DNA from: Oikopleura dioica
Lineage: Eukaryota > Animalia > Chordata
NCBI GenBank assembly: GCA_907165135.1
Contig: OU015566.1
Span: forward strand, 5,084,001-5,148,000
Length of the DNA: 64,000 bases
Direction of reading: 5' to 3'
Within the stretch, counting starts at the first letter, position 1; the number at the start of each line of letters is the position of its first letter. This document shows, piece after piece, positions 48,083 to 61,929 of the stretch. Position numbers and translations under genes: made by a program. The notes under the pieces were generated by a model. The model ran no database searches and had not been told where the DNA came from. It saw only the letters and a list, made by a program, of their open reading frames with translations.

Positions 48083-48625
48083 TGAAGGAAGTTAATTTGA
48101 TCAAGACACGCGACTCCTTCCACGAAACAGGTTCGAATTCTGCTTTGAAATTTTTATGAAATAGTTTTCAGAAGAGCTCGAAAAGCGAGGCCGATTCCAA
48201 AATAATCACAGTCCGCCGCCCTTCCTCGAAAAAGAGTCTTCTTCGCGGGCGATCATTCCAAACTCAGACTCGGAGTCGGAGCAAGACTCGGACGAAGACT
48301 CCCTTATCGAGATTTCTGACGGTTCTGAAGAAGAAGCGGAAATGAACGAAGAATGAACTTTCGAGAAAGTTTTTGAAAATATTGTTTTTAGAATGCCAAA
48401 GATGGAATTGAGAGTCGTTGAAGTGCACTCGGAATGTCTCTTCTTCATCCAAAAAATGATCCACTACGATTCCTGATCCTTGGAACGAGCTCTTTTAAAA
48501 AAATGGGGGGAATCATTCGGAAAAAAAGCTTTAAAAAAGCTTTTGAATGACCCTGACTCAGTTATTCTAAAATCGAAAGCCGAATTCAAGCGGCAGAGAG
48601 TCCCTTTTTTCGCAGGAAGTGATCA

Positions 48626-48692
48626 AACAGGGTAGCTCAGCGGCCAGAGCGCGGATTTTTCCGGGACGTGGGTTCGAATCCCACTCCTGTCA
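48626..48692 (+). ncRNA. tRNA-like element lacking a real anticodon loop
   Basis: Acceptor AACAGGG/TCCTGTC-A; D arm GCTC-AGCGGCCA-GAGC; T arm GTGGG-TTCGAAT-CCCAC; anticodon arm only CGGA-TTTT-TCCG. Confidence 0.65.
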
Positions 48693-50069
48693 CTTTCCGG
48701 AGAAAAAGGGGGATGTTCAGCTGCTAGAATTGGCTTTTTATTTCGAGATAAAATGTTTTATTTGAAGCTGTTGGCTATTTTTGCGGCTTTTTCTTTCGCT
48801 CCGACTAAAATGCTCCTCAGTCTTTTTTTCGTAAAAAAGGAGAAAATGGAAGACTTGAAAAAAGGACAAGGCGTAAAAAGTATATTTTTTTTTCCAAACT
48901 CTCGCCTTTCCGAAAAAAAACAAGAATTCCTGAGTCAGGTTCTGAAACAGTTGAAATTTATAGCTGAAGTACCCCTTAGTCAAAAAAGAAGCCGCAAAGC
49001 GGCTTTTCCGAAATTTCTTTGAAGAGTAAAAAATTTGCCAGTACAGAAAAAGCTGCATGCTGTTTGTACGAATTTCAGAATTGCAAATGCACCAATTGGT
49101 TTCCTGGTCTGCCAGATATTTTAAGCGGAGGAAAAGGAGAGGTTCTTGGCTCGGATTCACTTCTTGTTGAGAAGTTCGCGCCGGTTTCGGCCCTTTCGGC
49201 GGATGTCGCCGTCGATGTCAATTGGGGGCAAAGAGGCTTCAAATGATCCACTTAGACTCGCATCCTGATCTCTGGAACGTGGTTTACGCTACTCTATGAG
49301 CTCCTTCTGAAGCTGAAACAACTATCGAAAAGCGCGCCGATCGAATTCACAATGGAGCACCTTTCAAACTCAGAAAGGTTGATAGAAATAAGTTATTTCA
49401 AATAACCTCGATCGAGTCCTGGATCCTCCCGCTCGTCTGCGCCGGCCATTCGAAGGAAATCAACTGGATGCGTCCTCCTTTGGCCGATCAACTTGAGGAT
49501 GGTAGAAGAGAGCTTTCCGTCGGCTTTGTGGAAGGAATCATCGAAAGAGAAAGGCCAACCTTGCCATGAGAATTAGAAATTTTGGATGACGGCGAAGATG
49601 ATTTCGAAGAAGACTCCTCCGGCGAAGTTGAATCTGACACGATTTATTTTGGGACAAACGGCCAGACGGCGATTTTGTTGAGCGAGTTGCTTGGCGGACG
49701 TGGAGATCTGGAAGACTTGGAGGGAGAAGTGGAGGACGATGTGAAATGCGACCCTCTTCATGGAATTAAAAATGCGCAGAATATCGAAAGAGCCGTTATT
49801 TTTGAGAGTTTTCAGCACGACGCTTTTGATTTGAGGTAAATTTATTTAGATAAAGTATTTATCTTCCAGGTTATTAGATAATTATCAGTTTCATAATTAT
49901 TTAGTCTCCGAGAATGCTCTGATAAGTAAGTTTCCGTTAAGTTTTGAAGATGCATTTCTTATTTTCTGATTTGAAAGTAACAACTTAAGTTTCTATCACA
50001 TCACACATTTCATTTGCTTCTTTCTAGTCCTATGAAAGCCTGCCGAGGTAGAAAAGAATCAGCAGTCAA

Positions 50070-50994
50070 TATCATGTCCTCGAATGACAGAGAAAAATCC
50101 CAAGAAATGCGTTGATCTCGGCAATTCGTCGAGTACTCAATTGACTTGTACAAGACAAACTACGGCTTCAACATCACGGAGGAAGGCCCTAGCGACATGC
50201 TCCTGCTCGTACATGTTCCAGTGGATCTAGACACGCACGATCTGCTCCGTTCACTCGGAAATTACGACAAGAAAATAGAACACATCAAGATCGTGCGCGA
50301 CCAGTCTCTGAATCAGTACATGGTTCTCTTAAAATTCGACGAGTAACAAAGTGCCGATACTTTTTATCACTCAATTACTGGGCAGAAATTCAACTCGCTC
50401 TTAGAAGAAACTTGCCAAGGTAAAGAAAAGCCGTCACATAAAACGTTATAAAGGTTTTCGTAAATCACGTATGTGGGAAAAGTGGAACTGCTTCACGCTG
50501 GAGAAAGCGCAGGCTGGCCATTACCGAATCTCACCGAGCTGCCTGCTTGTACGATTTGTTTGGAGCGAATGGACGAGTCGGTGAAGTCCGTTTCAACCGT
50601 TCTTTGCAATCGTTTCTTCCACTCTGAATGTCTGAAAAATGGGAAGACTCCACTTGCCCAGTCTGTCGATATACGCAAACTCCGTCGAGTCAGGAAAGCG
50701 AACGTAATGTATGTCTATCTTGCTATTAAAAAGAAGATCTATGGATTTGCCTCGTTTGCGGAAACATTGGCTGCGGGAGATACACACAAGAACACGCTCA
50801 GCAGCACTTCTTGGAGTCCAAGAACTTGGACACTTCTCATAACTACGCGATGGCGTCGAGGGACAATCGAGTTTGGGACTACTCAAGAGATTATTTCGTT
50901 CATCGACTGGTTACGTAAGAAACCTCGGAGAAAATCGTTGGAACGAAGGACAATTCGAAAGATTTGGAAGCGAAGATTCAAACCGAGTGCTTGA
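50070..50994 (+). pseudogene. BRAP: BRAP/IMP E3 ligase
   Basis: IEHIKIVRDQSLNQYMVLLKF, ELPACTICLERMDE RING and ZnF-UBP remnants; TAA at 50344 and frameshifts. Confidence 0.88.
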
Positions 50995-53789
50995 AATATT
51001 TCAGCGTTCAGTTTCATCAGCACTTGGGAGACGCATTTTGACGCACTTGAGTCTGAAAATGTTTGCGTCCAAACTGCGCATCTCGCTACTCTCTCTGGAA
51101 AGCCTGTTGGCAGGGTGCCTGTTGTATACTATTCTCGACCTGTTGCAAGACCACTCGAAATTCTCGAAGCCTAAGCGAACGCGGGACAAGCTCCTGGACA
51201 TGACTGTATTTACCGCTTTCGGCTTCTTCCTCGCCAAAACACTTCCCTTCACATTCGACATTTTCAAAATCAAGCCCAAAATTTAACTCGAAATAAACTG
51301 CAAATGATTCAAAATTTCAAACTGAATATAGACGAGCGCTCTTTATCCAAGATCTTTGTACGCAAATTTTAGAAATGAAAGCAGGGCATGATCAAAAAAT
51401 TAAAAAGGAGAATTGTTGTTCAATGATAGACGGAACAGAGCAAGGGCATTGTGCAGCCTGTTTCGGCAAAAACATCCTTCTGCGGCGTTTCTTTCAAAGA
51501 CGGAAGTTCACTTCTTGAGCATGAGCGCGGACTTTTTCAGGAAATCAACCAGATCTAGTACGCAAGAACCCTTTTTTCAAAAAGAAGCTAACATAAAAAA
51601 TTTCTTAAAAAGTCGCCTTGCCGAGCGGTGGAAAAAGTTGACGTCAGCCGCTCTTGACAAACGCATGCTTCTGGTTAAACGGACTGGGCGAGAACTGAGC
51701 CAAGACATCTCCGGGGAAACGCTCGGTTCGTGTACCAATTGGTATTCGAATACCAAATCTCCTCAAAAATTCAAAATTTGGTGCACCCAAAGAGTGCCTA
51801 TGCGCTTCGCGCCTGTCTTGAAGGAGTCTTTGGGAGTGATTTAGTAGCAATTTCACGAAAAAAAAACTATCTGATCGAAAAGCTTGGATTTTGAAAATCA
51901 AAAATTGGTATTCGAATACCAAAAAAATTTTGGTACACGAATCGAGCGTCCCCGCATCTCCGTCATTGACCGTCAAAGGATCAGTTTCAGCTGGTTACAA
52001 GGCCACACCTGTATTGATGATCATCATCGAAAAAGTCTGAAAAAAAATACAATGACGAAGTTGTTACCACAAGATTTTACCCTGAGTACTATTTGCCCTT
52101 GTCGTGTTTTTTTTTGTTTCTAGTTCCAGAAAGCAAAGACAAAACAAGGAGAAGTGATCATGGGAACCTTGAGGCAGAATTGGCTCGATTGATGGCTAAA
52201 TTATTATGAATTAGCGCGGTAATACGAGGAAGCGCAAGTATTTTCCGACGACTCCGAATTTAAAAGGAATAGCCCCACTTATAGATTTGCTTTGATTTAG
52301 AAATTCATGCGACGCGTCTGCTCCATTGATGCGCTTAATGTGAGACAGTAGTTAATCAATTAAACGCCTAGTAAACCACCTGCTGCATGCTTAGCGGACT
52401 TAGTTGAGCTGCGAATCAACGCGATAAAAACGATACGTTTTATCGAATGACAGTAATTTATTACTGAATCACGACAGTTCAAAGCCTGTATTCATGGTTA
52501 TTGCAAGTCAAAGCTTTTCTCGCAGAATGGATATTTTCGAATAATTTGGCAGCTGAAAATTAGGCAAAGTTCGAGGAGGCTTATAGTCTCTAAGTTATAG
52601 AGTCTATAATATAGACACAAGAAATTCTTATGCTGGCCGATTTGATTCAGAGCTGAAAACAAGGTCTAAGGTGAAAATTGCTCATACCTTGAGCAAATTA
52701 AACTACGTGGAAGCAGTCGGCAAGCGACCCTGAACGACTTTCGTTTTTCGAACAGACAGAAAGCCTCGAAGAACGCTTCCAAGAGTGTCTCCTCGATCAT
52801 CGTCATCGCCAACTTCTACGCATCGGATGGAGAATGGGGGTTGAAGATTGGCAAATCCAAGAAGCGGAGGGCAGGAGCAAGAGGTCACGAATTTCAGGAA
52901 AGCGGATCGTTCATCCTTTTGAAATCGTTCTCGAGAGTGTCCCAGAGCCAGACAATTACTAAAAATATCAATTACTATGAGTTAAAACTTTATATAAATC
53001 ATGACCGAAGAAAACTCCCATCACTGCCTTTTCTAGAAGGATACCGAGATCTCAAATAATCTTCATTCGCGCTGGAATATTATCGATTAGAATCGCCATG
53101 CTGCATGGCCCATGCAGTGCATCATAATTTTAAAGTTAGGTTTGCGTGGAAAGCGAAAATCTAATTTAACAGAAAACGGAGAACTCGTGAGGTTCTCAAA
53201 TCAGCTGGGCGAAGAAATTGAAAGAAAAATAGAAAGAATACCTCGATGTCGGCCGTGAAAGCCGCCAAATTAGAGCACGTGCTTCCTCAAATCGGCAAAG
53301 TCAATATCGCCGTCGTTGTTCCCGGAAATGAGTCGCTGCAGCTCAGAAGTAGAGAACAACGAAAGCCAGTCGCAGTTGATTAATTGATGAAATCCGGACT
53401 GAACAAACCGTTAGATGAACAAATTCTTTGTCAAATAAGAATTGCATTTCTTATTAGATATACGACTATAAATCTTATAGAAATATTATCGAGAAAAAGA
53501 ACAACCTAACCTAAAAACGGATGTACTTTAAGTTATTATCGTGTGGATCAAAGCCACGTCAGCACATTTTTCTGGTCCATCATCTGCCTAAAAACTTTTT
53601 AGTAAAAAGCCAGAAATGCGCCTTACTATGGATATAAGAAATCCTATTTTGGTTTGTGACAGCGATGTCGCGCCCGCCAGTGCGGAGCTCGTAGCTTTTC
53701 ATCTGGCCTAGTCGAGGTTCGATTATTCCAACCCTATTAAACTAAGACTTAGTTACTAAGTCAACAAAAATAATCAATAACCCGCTCCT

Positions 53790-56373
53790 AGAATATATTC
53801 CGTCCACTCAAAATTGAGCCCCAAGTCTGCTGCATCCTCTCAGGAGCTCACAACAATATGAGCTCCTCTCTTCAGCCATCGTCTACACCTTTATGGGCAG
53901 ATCGAAAGATCTCGCCGTGGGTCCAAGAAACGTGGATTTCGATGGCTGGCGCCACGTAACAATTCTTCCCTTGAAACTTCGAAAACGGCGCTTTTCCGAT
54001 CTAAATAGGACCCGAGATTGGCGAACTTGCTCTGTTTCTGCTCCGAGCGATCATTCTTCTTCTCGGAATTTTCGATCTAGGCGCTGTCGTCAACTAAATT
54101 TCAAATCCTGTTCTCGTTGGTTATATTTCAGGAATGCGCTTTCAATGATCCGTTTCAAAACTCTTCCTTGATTTCAACACCCTGTGATTTCCAGCTGCAT
54201 CGATCATCATCCCCTTTTCTCTTCTCGAGCGAGTGTTTGGTCTCTCTGGCCTTCCTGGACCTTTCTACCAGAAAATGGCCGCCATAGTCATGCGCCTCGG
54301 AGAGTCGAAATACCACGACGCTGTTATTGGACTGAGCACGCTCGCTACTCTCCTCGCCTTGGAACATCTCCGAATTCACTTCGCGGACCCGAAAGAGGGC
54401 GACTCCGCGGTTGTCAGTCCGCATAAGATTGCATCACTCCAACAACCATTTCCGCCATCAGTTTGCCCTCAATCGCCTTTCTGGACACAGATATCGAGGT
54501 TGTGGACGGTGAGTCGGCCACCCAGACCAAGATTTTCAAAATGATAATAGCTGCATGAGCAAGCTCGGTGCATCAAAGGCCAACAATGCCAAATGCAACC
54601 TGCTGAGTGATATAGATCTGCATCGGCCAAACGGAACATGGACCCAAATTGGGAATTTGATGATATATTTCAATTCGAAATTTTCAACATTTGAAAAGTA
54701 TTGCTAAACTTTTCATAGAAAACTCATAAAATAAAAAGATTTAAAATTCGAAATTGATCTCAAATTAACCATAACCTAGAGCTTAATAGCCTATTAATAA
54801 TAGGTAAGAAATGCAGATTTGATAAACTCTATAATCAGAAGAAGGTCAATATAATAATCATATTCATAAATGACTGTTTTTTATTTTTGAATGAGTTTTT
54901 GATAGGCCCCCATCATGGGGAGGCCTTCAGCCGGTAACAAGGAGATGCAGGATGCATCGTGCAGCTTGTCTCCTGCCAGGTGCTCGCATCTACATTCAAG
55001 ATCCTATGAAAAGTGCTCAAATTCAGGGATGGCTGAGCTGGAGCGCAGCATTTACTAAGAATTAGGGTTAATAATTTACTGCGAATCTCGTGCATTCTCA
55101 CATATCATTTTTATCATAGTATTCTTGCCCATATACTTGCTGAAAATGAATTTCAAATTAAATATTAAGAATGAGTCCGCCGGCATCGTTGACATGCTAA
55201 CGCCGCTTGGATCCGGAATCATCATCGTGCCATTTGTAGCGATTCTTCAGTCGATTGGGATTGGCAAGTCGCTCGCCGAGCGTGGCAACTATCAAGTCAA
55301 CGCACGAAATGACTTTTTGGTAAGCTTCTCCAACTTCAATCCTTGCTTCTTCAACGACAATCCGGGAACGGTCGGACTCATTACCAAAATTTTTGGTAAC
55401 CCAATACCAATTTTTGGTAGTCCATTATCAATATATTTTTACTTTTTCGCCAAGTTAATGAATAAAGCACACCACAAGTTTTCTATTATACAGGCGCGGA
55501 GCGCACACTCGCTCTTTGAATCAAAAAAATCAACACTTTTTTGACGAATTTGGTAATTCATTACCAAAATTGGTAATGGGTTACCAATTGGTAATGAGTC
55601 CGACCGTTTCCCCGACAATCTTGGCTTCACTAATTTGAAATTGGCAATTTTAATCATGTCTTCTTAAATATCATTGATATTATAGCAATCAGGTAACAAA
55701 ACCGAAATCAAAAGCTTACGAACGACCATTTCGAAGGCGGTGTGATGTCTTCCTTGGTTTCTTCGATGCCGGTTTCCGGCTGCTTTTCAAGATCAAGTCT
55801 CAACTTCGAGTCGAACGCTGCCACTCAAGCTGGAAACCTCATTACCGCCGTTGTTGTCATGATCTCCGCCGTCCGGAGCAAACAAGAGCTTCACGATCAA
55901 GATCGCTCACGGAATCACCTTCCCCGTTTGCGAGGTATGCACTCGCTGCGATGAACAAAACTGACTCAATTTTGAAATTAAGACTCTTTTGGATCGAGTC
56001 AACTTGCTTTTCAAAGAAGAGGAGGAAATCAGCGCAGTCACGCTCGACTTGAGCGGCGTCTACATGGGCGACTCCTCCGCCGCCCGCTCCATCGCCAAGA
56101 TCGCCAACAAAATGGAAGAGAAGGAGATCAAGTTCAGAATCGTCAACTGCAACGTACGTTCTTTTCCTCGCTCAAGAAAATAACGAGTATTTGATTCAGG
56201 ACGTGCTGGCCGAAATGCTCAAGAAATTCGAGGTGAAAGTGAACGAGCTGCCACAGTTTCGAGCAAACAGCGCGCATACTTCCGTAACAGCTTCCAGCAA
56301 ATTGCTCGCCGTAAACAGCAAGGCTGCCAGTCTGGCTGGTTCTGCCACCAACATCCACATATCAAAAGAGTAA
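53790..56373 (+). pseudogene. SLC26 anion transporter (SLC26A11-like) with internal deletion
   Basis: YTFMGRSKDLAVGP, VPFVAILQSIGIGKS, SSMPVSGCFSRS, STAS-like GITFP and TLDLSGVYMGDSS; the last TMs are missing at ~55875. Confidence 0.8.
55363..55612. mobile_element. MITE, family E (TTACCAA arrays), in an SLC26 intron
   Basis: TIR core AACGGTCGGACTCATTACCAA; 8-bp TSD CGACAATC. Confidence 0.85.
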
Positions 56374-56833
56374 ATACGCGCCTTTACGCTCCGAACTTGT
56401 TCAACTTTAAATATTGCCTTTTTCTGTCAGATTTGAATGAAAAACGATGTTTTGCATTCCATCAAAGCTGCCTCTTTCAATTTCCCTTTTGAAGGCGACT
56501 CAACTGTAGCTGCAGAAGGCGCTCTAGCTTCTATTAATTTCTAGTAGTGTATAAAAAATAAACAATGATTGCAAAATATTACTTTTGTAAAAAAGCAGTA
56601 GAACTATCAGATAAGAATACCATTAACTGGTTCAGAAAATAGGCGCTGGAAAAGTCCCGTTCGCCAGTTCTTGACCTGATCATCATTTTCTCTTGATTCA
56701 TTATCGTCCTCGTTGATTTTTCTTTTTGAGTTTTTTCAATTCCTTTTTCAGCTCTTGCAGTTCTTTCAGAAGAGATTCCATCTTTCGGTCTTTCTTTTTC
56801 CGCTTTTTGTCGACTTTTTGGGCGAAGATTTAA

Positions 56834-58097
56834 TTGTTTCCATGTCGTGGAAGGAAACGATATCTTCTGCTGCAATATTCCACTCGATTTCGAATTCAAC
56901 GGCACTTTCTTGTTCATAACCATGGAATCACTGGCAATCTCCCTTCTCGAAATGCCGATAGAAACTTTCAACAGGCGAAAGGAAATGTCAAAGCAAACAC
57001 TTCCCCAGAAAAGGCTCTCTAGTTTTGCCAGGAGCATACGGGTGCAAGTGACGCTGAGAATATACGTAAATATTCGCTGACCACTTCTTGGAAGCTAATC
57101 GATTGTAAACGACAACGCTGGACAAGGAACGGATGCGAATCGTGGACAAAGCGATGTCAGACTCGGGCAACGGACCGATCTTCTTTGGCTCGATCGAAGA
57201 GACCGTCCCTCCCGCCTACGAGAACTTCTACGAGCTGCTCTACGGAGACTCAATCGACAAAATAGACGAACTCCGACCTAGCGACATCGACGTCTACCGC
57301 GCTGCAGCAAAGCGCTTCGCTTCAATGCACATCATCAGCGAAGAAGAGTGTCCAAGGCCGATCACAAACTGCTACCACGCCTGGCCCTGGAACACGAGAG
57401 CGATCAGATCTCACTGCGAAACAGCTACTGATCCCGCAAAGGTTTGATAAGAATTCATTCTCTTCTATGATTTCAAAAAGAAATGGGTCGAGGAGCAAAT
57501 CGGGCAGGTTCAAGTTCACGGCGATTTCCTCAACATCAGTTCAGCCGAGGGCATGATCGAGTTCATGTACGATGTCCAGTGGGGCACCATTTCGCCGACC
57601 GTTTGATGCCACAACGACGCCCACGACGGAAACGTGTTCATCCGCGACGCTCCAGAAGGAACATCGATGGAGGAAAGACTGCTGCAGGTTGACTACGACA
57701 ACTCAGAATTCGGCACTAGAGCTTTTGAACTCGTCTACATCATCATTCGCTTCCACGAGAAGTTCAACAAGGACATTTACAAAGACTTCTTGAACATGTA
57801 CTTGCGGGAGTACAACCGAATGAGCGGAGACCGCCAATTTTCAATCAAAGGTACTTAAACCAAGCAGTGCACGGTTTCAAATTCCTCCTAGAGCTTGAGC
57901 AAGAAATGACCTGCGTCTGGCCATATCTTTTCATGGAGCAGTCCGTGTTCTACCGCTCAATCGGCGTCGACGAGGACTTCTGCAACTTCATGTTCGACGT
58001 GTTGCGAGCAATGCTGAACGAATACGCAAATGGGAAAGCAAGCTGCCCCTGGACCGGCCGAAACAGCGAGTTTCCGAGTTGCAAGCCGCCAGCATAA
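56834..58097 (+). pseudogene. Choline/ethanolamine kinase-like gene
   Basis: CHNDAHDGNVF and VDYDNSEFGTRAFEL motifs; TGA at 57604 just before CHND and another stop near 57104. Confidence 0.7.
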
Positions 58098-61000
58098 TGA
58101 GAATTTAATTTTGTTTTATTTGCAGAAACATGAATAAAGTCTAAGATCTGAAAACTTCGTTTATTAGTAATTAAGAAGAAGGAGAGAATTCTATGAATAT
58201 TTCTTTCAGAACTGCTTTCACTGAAATTTGAATAAACTCCACTTTTTTAGTTCGCAAAAATATCAGAATTGCAATTTGAAAATGAATTTTTCTACCAGGT
58301 AGATCCACGATGTCATGATACGTAACGGTCTTCATGCCGAAATGATTCTATAAACGTCAACATTTTTTTGCTTCGGGATAACAGATGTTCGTTATCACAA
58401 AATATTGAACATGAACTTTTTTTTGTAAATTTCATGATGTCGAACTGAAATTTGTCCATCTGTACACGAGCATTTGAGGAATCAGATCATGACGATTGTC
58501 CGTGACAGGGTAGTATGTGGTAATTCGTCGGGGTCGCCCCGACAAATGAAAGATGAAATAACAGTCATTCGTCGGGGTCACTACGCGTGACAGTAACTCT
58601 ATTAGGCTGAGACAAACGTTTACCGCATTCTTACAGCGAACGCCATTCCTTCTAACGAGTCGTCAGCCTGTGCAACATTAACCAAATTTTTGACGAGCCA
58701 CTATTATGCTTTTTTTACCGGGGGTAGAACGTGTTGCGAAATATTCTTCCTTTCTCAGCTTGTTTTCTTTTTTGAAGACGAGCTGTTCTCAAAATCTTCT
58801 AAACTAAGAAAAAGGTTCATTTTAAAGTTACGAAAGAGCAATTTTAAAAAAGTTAAAACAACCCTATAAAAACTTTATTTTACGCGCAATATTTCATAGT
58901 ACTCACCATCGTTTTTTCGCGACTTCTACCTTTGCCCCGGCGATTACCGTTGTTATTTCTACCTACATTTCTATTTTCAAGAACCCTCGTCTTTTGATCT
59001 TTTATTGCAAAAGATCGCGCTTTTGTCGACTACGAATGTAATGAAAACCAAACTCATTTCACCTAGCATCGCGTCGAGGTCTCCGACGCGTTGGTAACGA
59101 TTTTTTAATGCGAACTCGATATGACCTTGATACTTTGATGATTCTAGCGCGGCTTTCAAACACTCATATTCATAACTGCCTGGAGATATGACAGTATCGA
59201 AATTTGATAAATAAACACTTTAGAAATAGCCATCGAAGGGTTTTAAAATGAGAATACTACTGCTTTTTTTGCTTCTTTAGATTGTTCAAGAAAATTGTTA
59301 ATTTATGTTTGATTCTTATTTTTCCAAGCTGATAATTTGCAGATCGGAGCTGGCCGTTATATTTGCGCAGATACAGATTTGAAACCAGTCGATCTTGAGA
59401 AGTTGACAACTCAGCCGCGATCAAGAAAGGTAAACATCACATGATTCTTATCAAAATGACTTGCTTTCACATCGATTTACTCGTCTCTGAGCGCATCAAG
59501 CATCGTCTAAGTTGTTTTTAAATCGCGACTGGGCGGTGTCGATTCGAGGAAGATTTTCAATGCTCTGCGCCTCGCCGAGGTGTCCATTCGTTGATCAAGA
59601 ATCAAGTGATGAGTTGGACTTTGCTCAAGGGGCAAGAACGAGTACGGTTCTCGTCTGGAGGAGTGCTCGTTAGATTTTGGTTCGTACAGTTTGAACTCTT
59701 CATTTTCTGGGATAAGGGCAATTTATGCAGCTTCATAGGCTGTCAACTCATGTAGAAACTGCTTTTTAAGAGATTCCGCATCATTTTGCCGACTTTTTTT
59801 ATTTTTCTCCTCTCGGTGATATTTAGAGGATACCGAGAATTTAAACAGCTGACTTTGTATCTGATCATCAGCTGTTTGATAAGGTCAGTAATTTAGGCAA
59901 GTCATTTGCAGTAAATCAATGATATCATGTAGAGGTAATATAAGTTCTTATGGCGTGTCTTCAGAAAAGTAGATTTAAATTAAATCTAGCATTATGCTTT
60001 TAAAACGCAACAAAAATGGTTTAAAATGCAGACGCCACATTTAAATCCACAGTCTAATCAGCTATTCTGATTGATATTGGAAGTGACGATAGAAACGCAG
60101 CATATCTTTTCATACACACTTTTTTAAAGGCCATTGCATATTTTAATAAATTAGAATACATAGATTCATCATCGTCAAAGATCCGAAGAATAAGAAGAAA
60201 AAGAAATAGAGGCTATGATTTCAACGACGTATCTGGAAATAGGAGGGGGCTGATAATATTTAAAATCTTCAAATTTTTTGCCATTATGTCGGAAAAGATT
60301 TTTGTCTAAAAATGTGTGTCCCTCTAAACTGGTCAGCCCGGAAACAGGTGAGGTAAGCTCCAGCTCATTTTTAACTACCTTCAAAAAACTGCAATGTTCG
60401 AATTACACAACGTCATTATGGCTAACCAGCGGTGAGCTTTAAGGTAATACCTCCTAAAAACGATTTTTGGTTTTTACTCGCTCTAGGAAATGGCTTCAAT
60501 TAAGACATACTCACGTTTCTTTAATTAAATTAAATTATTTTCGAAACGAAACTACGGTATCGAAGAACAAGTTTGTAAATTATAGTTTTTCGAAGCGTCA
60601 CTGCCGCGGAAAAAATATAACATGATAAGCGTTCGTTATTACTGTATCTTTCTAACTGGTAAAAACGTTACGAGCAGAACCGTCCAAGAAGCGGGATGGG
60701 TTCATACTATCAATCGAGGTATCTTCCGATTATAGTTTGTTTTTTGGAAAGTCTTTCTCGCGATGAAAAATTGTATTTGACTTGAGAAAAAGAAAAATTT
60801 TCAGACAACATGGAGTTTTGTCTTGCCTTGACCTAATTTGCCTTGATTCTTAACATCATGTTTTTCTAGCGGAAATGGGCTGAACATCACAAAAGAACGC
60901 TAACAGACGGCGTCCGACAGACCACAACTCTCGAAGAAAGCTTAAAATTTCAGGGTTTCTTCTTTGAGAAAAAACATCGGATTGTGGCGTAGATTAAGTG

Positions 61001-61929
61001 AAGTGGACCCATTTTTTGACCGAAAATAGACTCAAATTGCTAAAACGGCTAAAACTTGAATCATAGTTATAAACTACTACCAACTGTGCTGAGTTTTTAT
61101 GAATATTTTTTTATCTATAAACGTGTTCAAAAACCCATTTGTTTTTCAAAGTTTGAACGATTTTTTTAACAACGCGCTACTCTTGAAAATTGATTTTCTG
61201 AAGTCGAAATCTTGAATTTATCTTCTAAACAACTGCTGACTCCTATAACACTCACGGATCCACGCAGGTGAAAAGAAATCTTATCCGATATAAAATTCGA
61301 CAACGTTTCAACGCCGCCGCACTTCGTCGGAATCTGCTAAAGGGCTTGAAAGTCAAGAAAATCCGAGGACACTGTGAGTAAGAATGTTCTGTTCTTTTTG
61401 TGCCACCGCCGAAACAACTTTATGATCTCTTTGGAGGAAAATCAAGAGAAGAAGGCGATTTTTTATTCATCCAAAATGGGACTTAGTATTCTACTGCTTT
61501 AGTAATTTACATCAGATCTTTGTCTTTCCCGACAGCTCCAAGCAAAAAACAATAAGAGTCTAATTAAAGATTAAAGAATAGTAATAAAACAATCATCAAT
61601 TTCCTCAAGACTGTTTCTCTTTCAAAGGTAAGTGAGTGTGAATTTCAACCTAACCCTAATTTTACCCATACTGTATGGGCCATACATGTAATTTACTAAA
61701 AAAATGATCACCGTTCGTTTTATTTTGTTTACTCGCTCTCTCTCTCTCTCTCTTTCAAAATCGGTGATTATAACACTTTTAGAGCTCCACTTTCTCCGCC
61801 TTGTTTTGATTGCGATCGGCGGCCGATCAGAGATATTCCTCAAAGAACAAAGCAAAAACAAGCAAAAACTTTACAAAGATGGAAAAAGGAAGAAAAGAAG
61901 GAAAGGAAATGGGCAGCGGGAGGACACGG

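Noticed and set aside
50873-51976. ORFs 50873-51286 and 51413-51844
   Set aside because: May be decayed gene pieces, but I recognise no motif and cannot build a spliced model
52190-52290. GGCTAA...GCGGTAATACGAGG resembling an SSU rRNA motif (numt or bacterial)
   Set aside because: The invariant GTGCCAGCAGCC is missing and downstream landmarks are too close; likely chance
56579-57037. 152-aa Lys/Glu-rich minus-strand ORF
   Set aside because: Low-complexity antisense of T-rich DNA and of the kinase pseudogene 5' end
58300-60700. Possible decayed LINE or transposase fragments
   Set aside because: Only vague motif resemblances with many stops in all frames; needs a translated search
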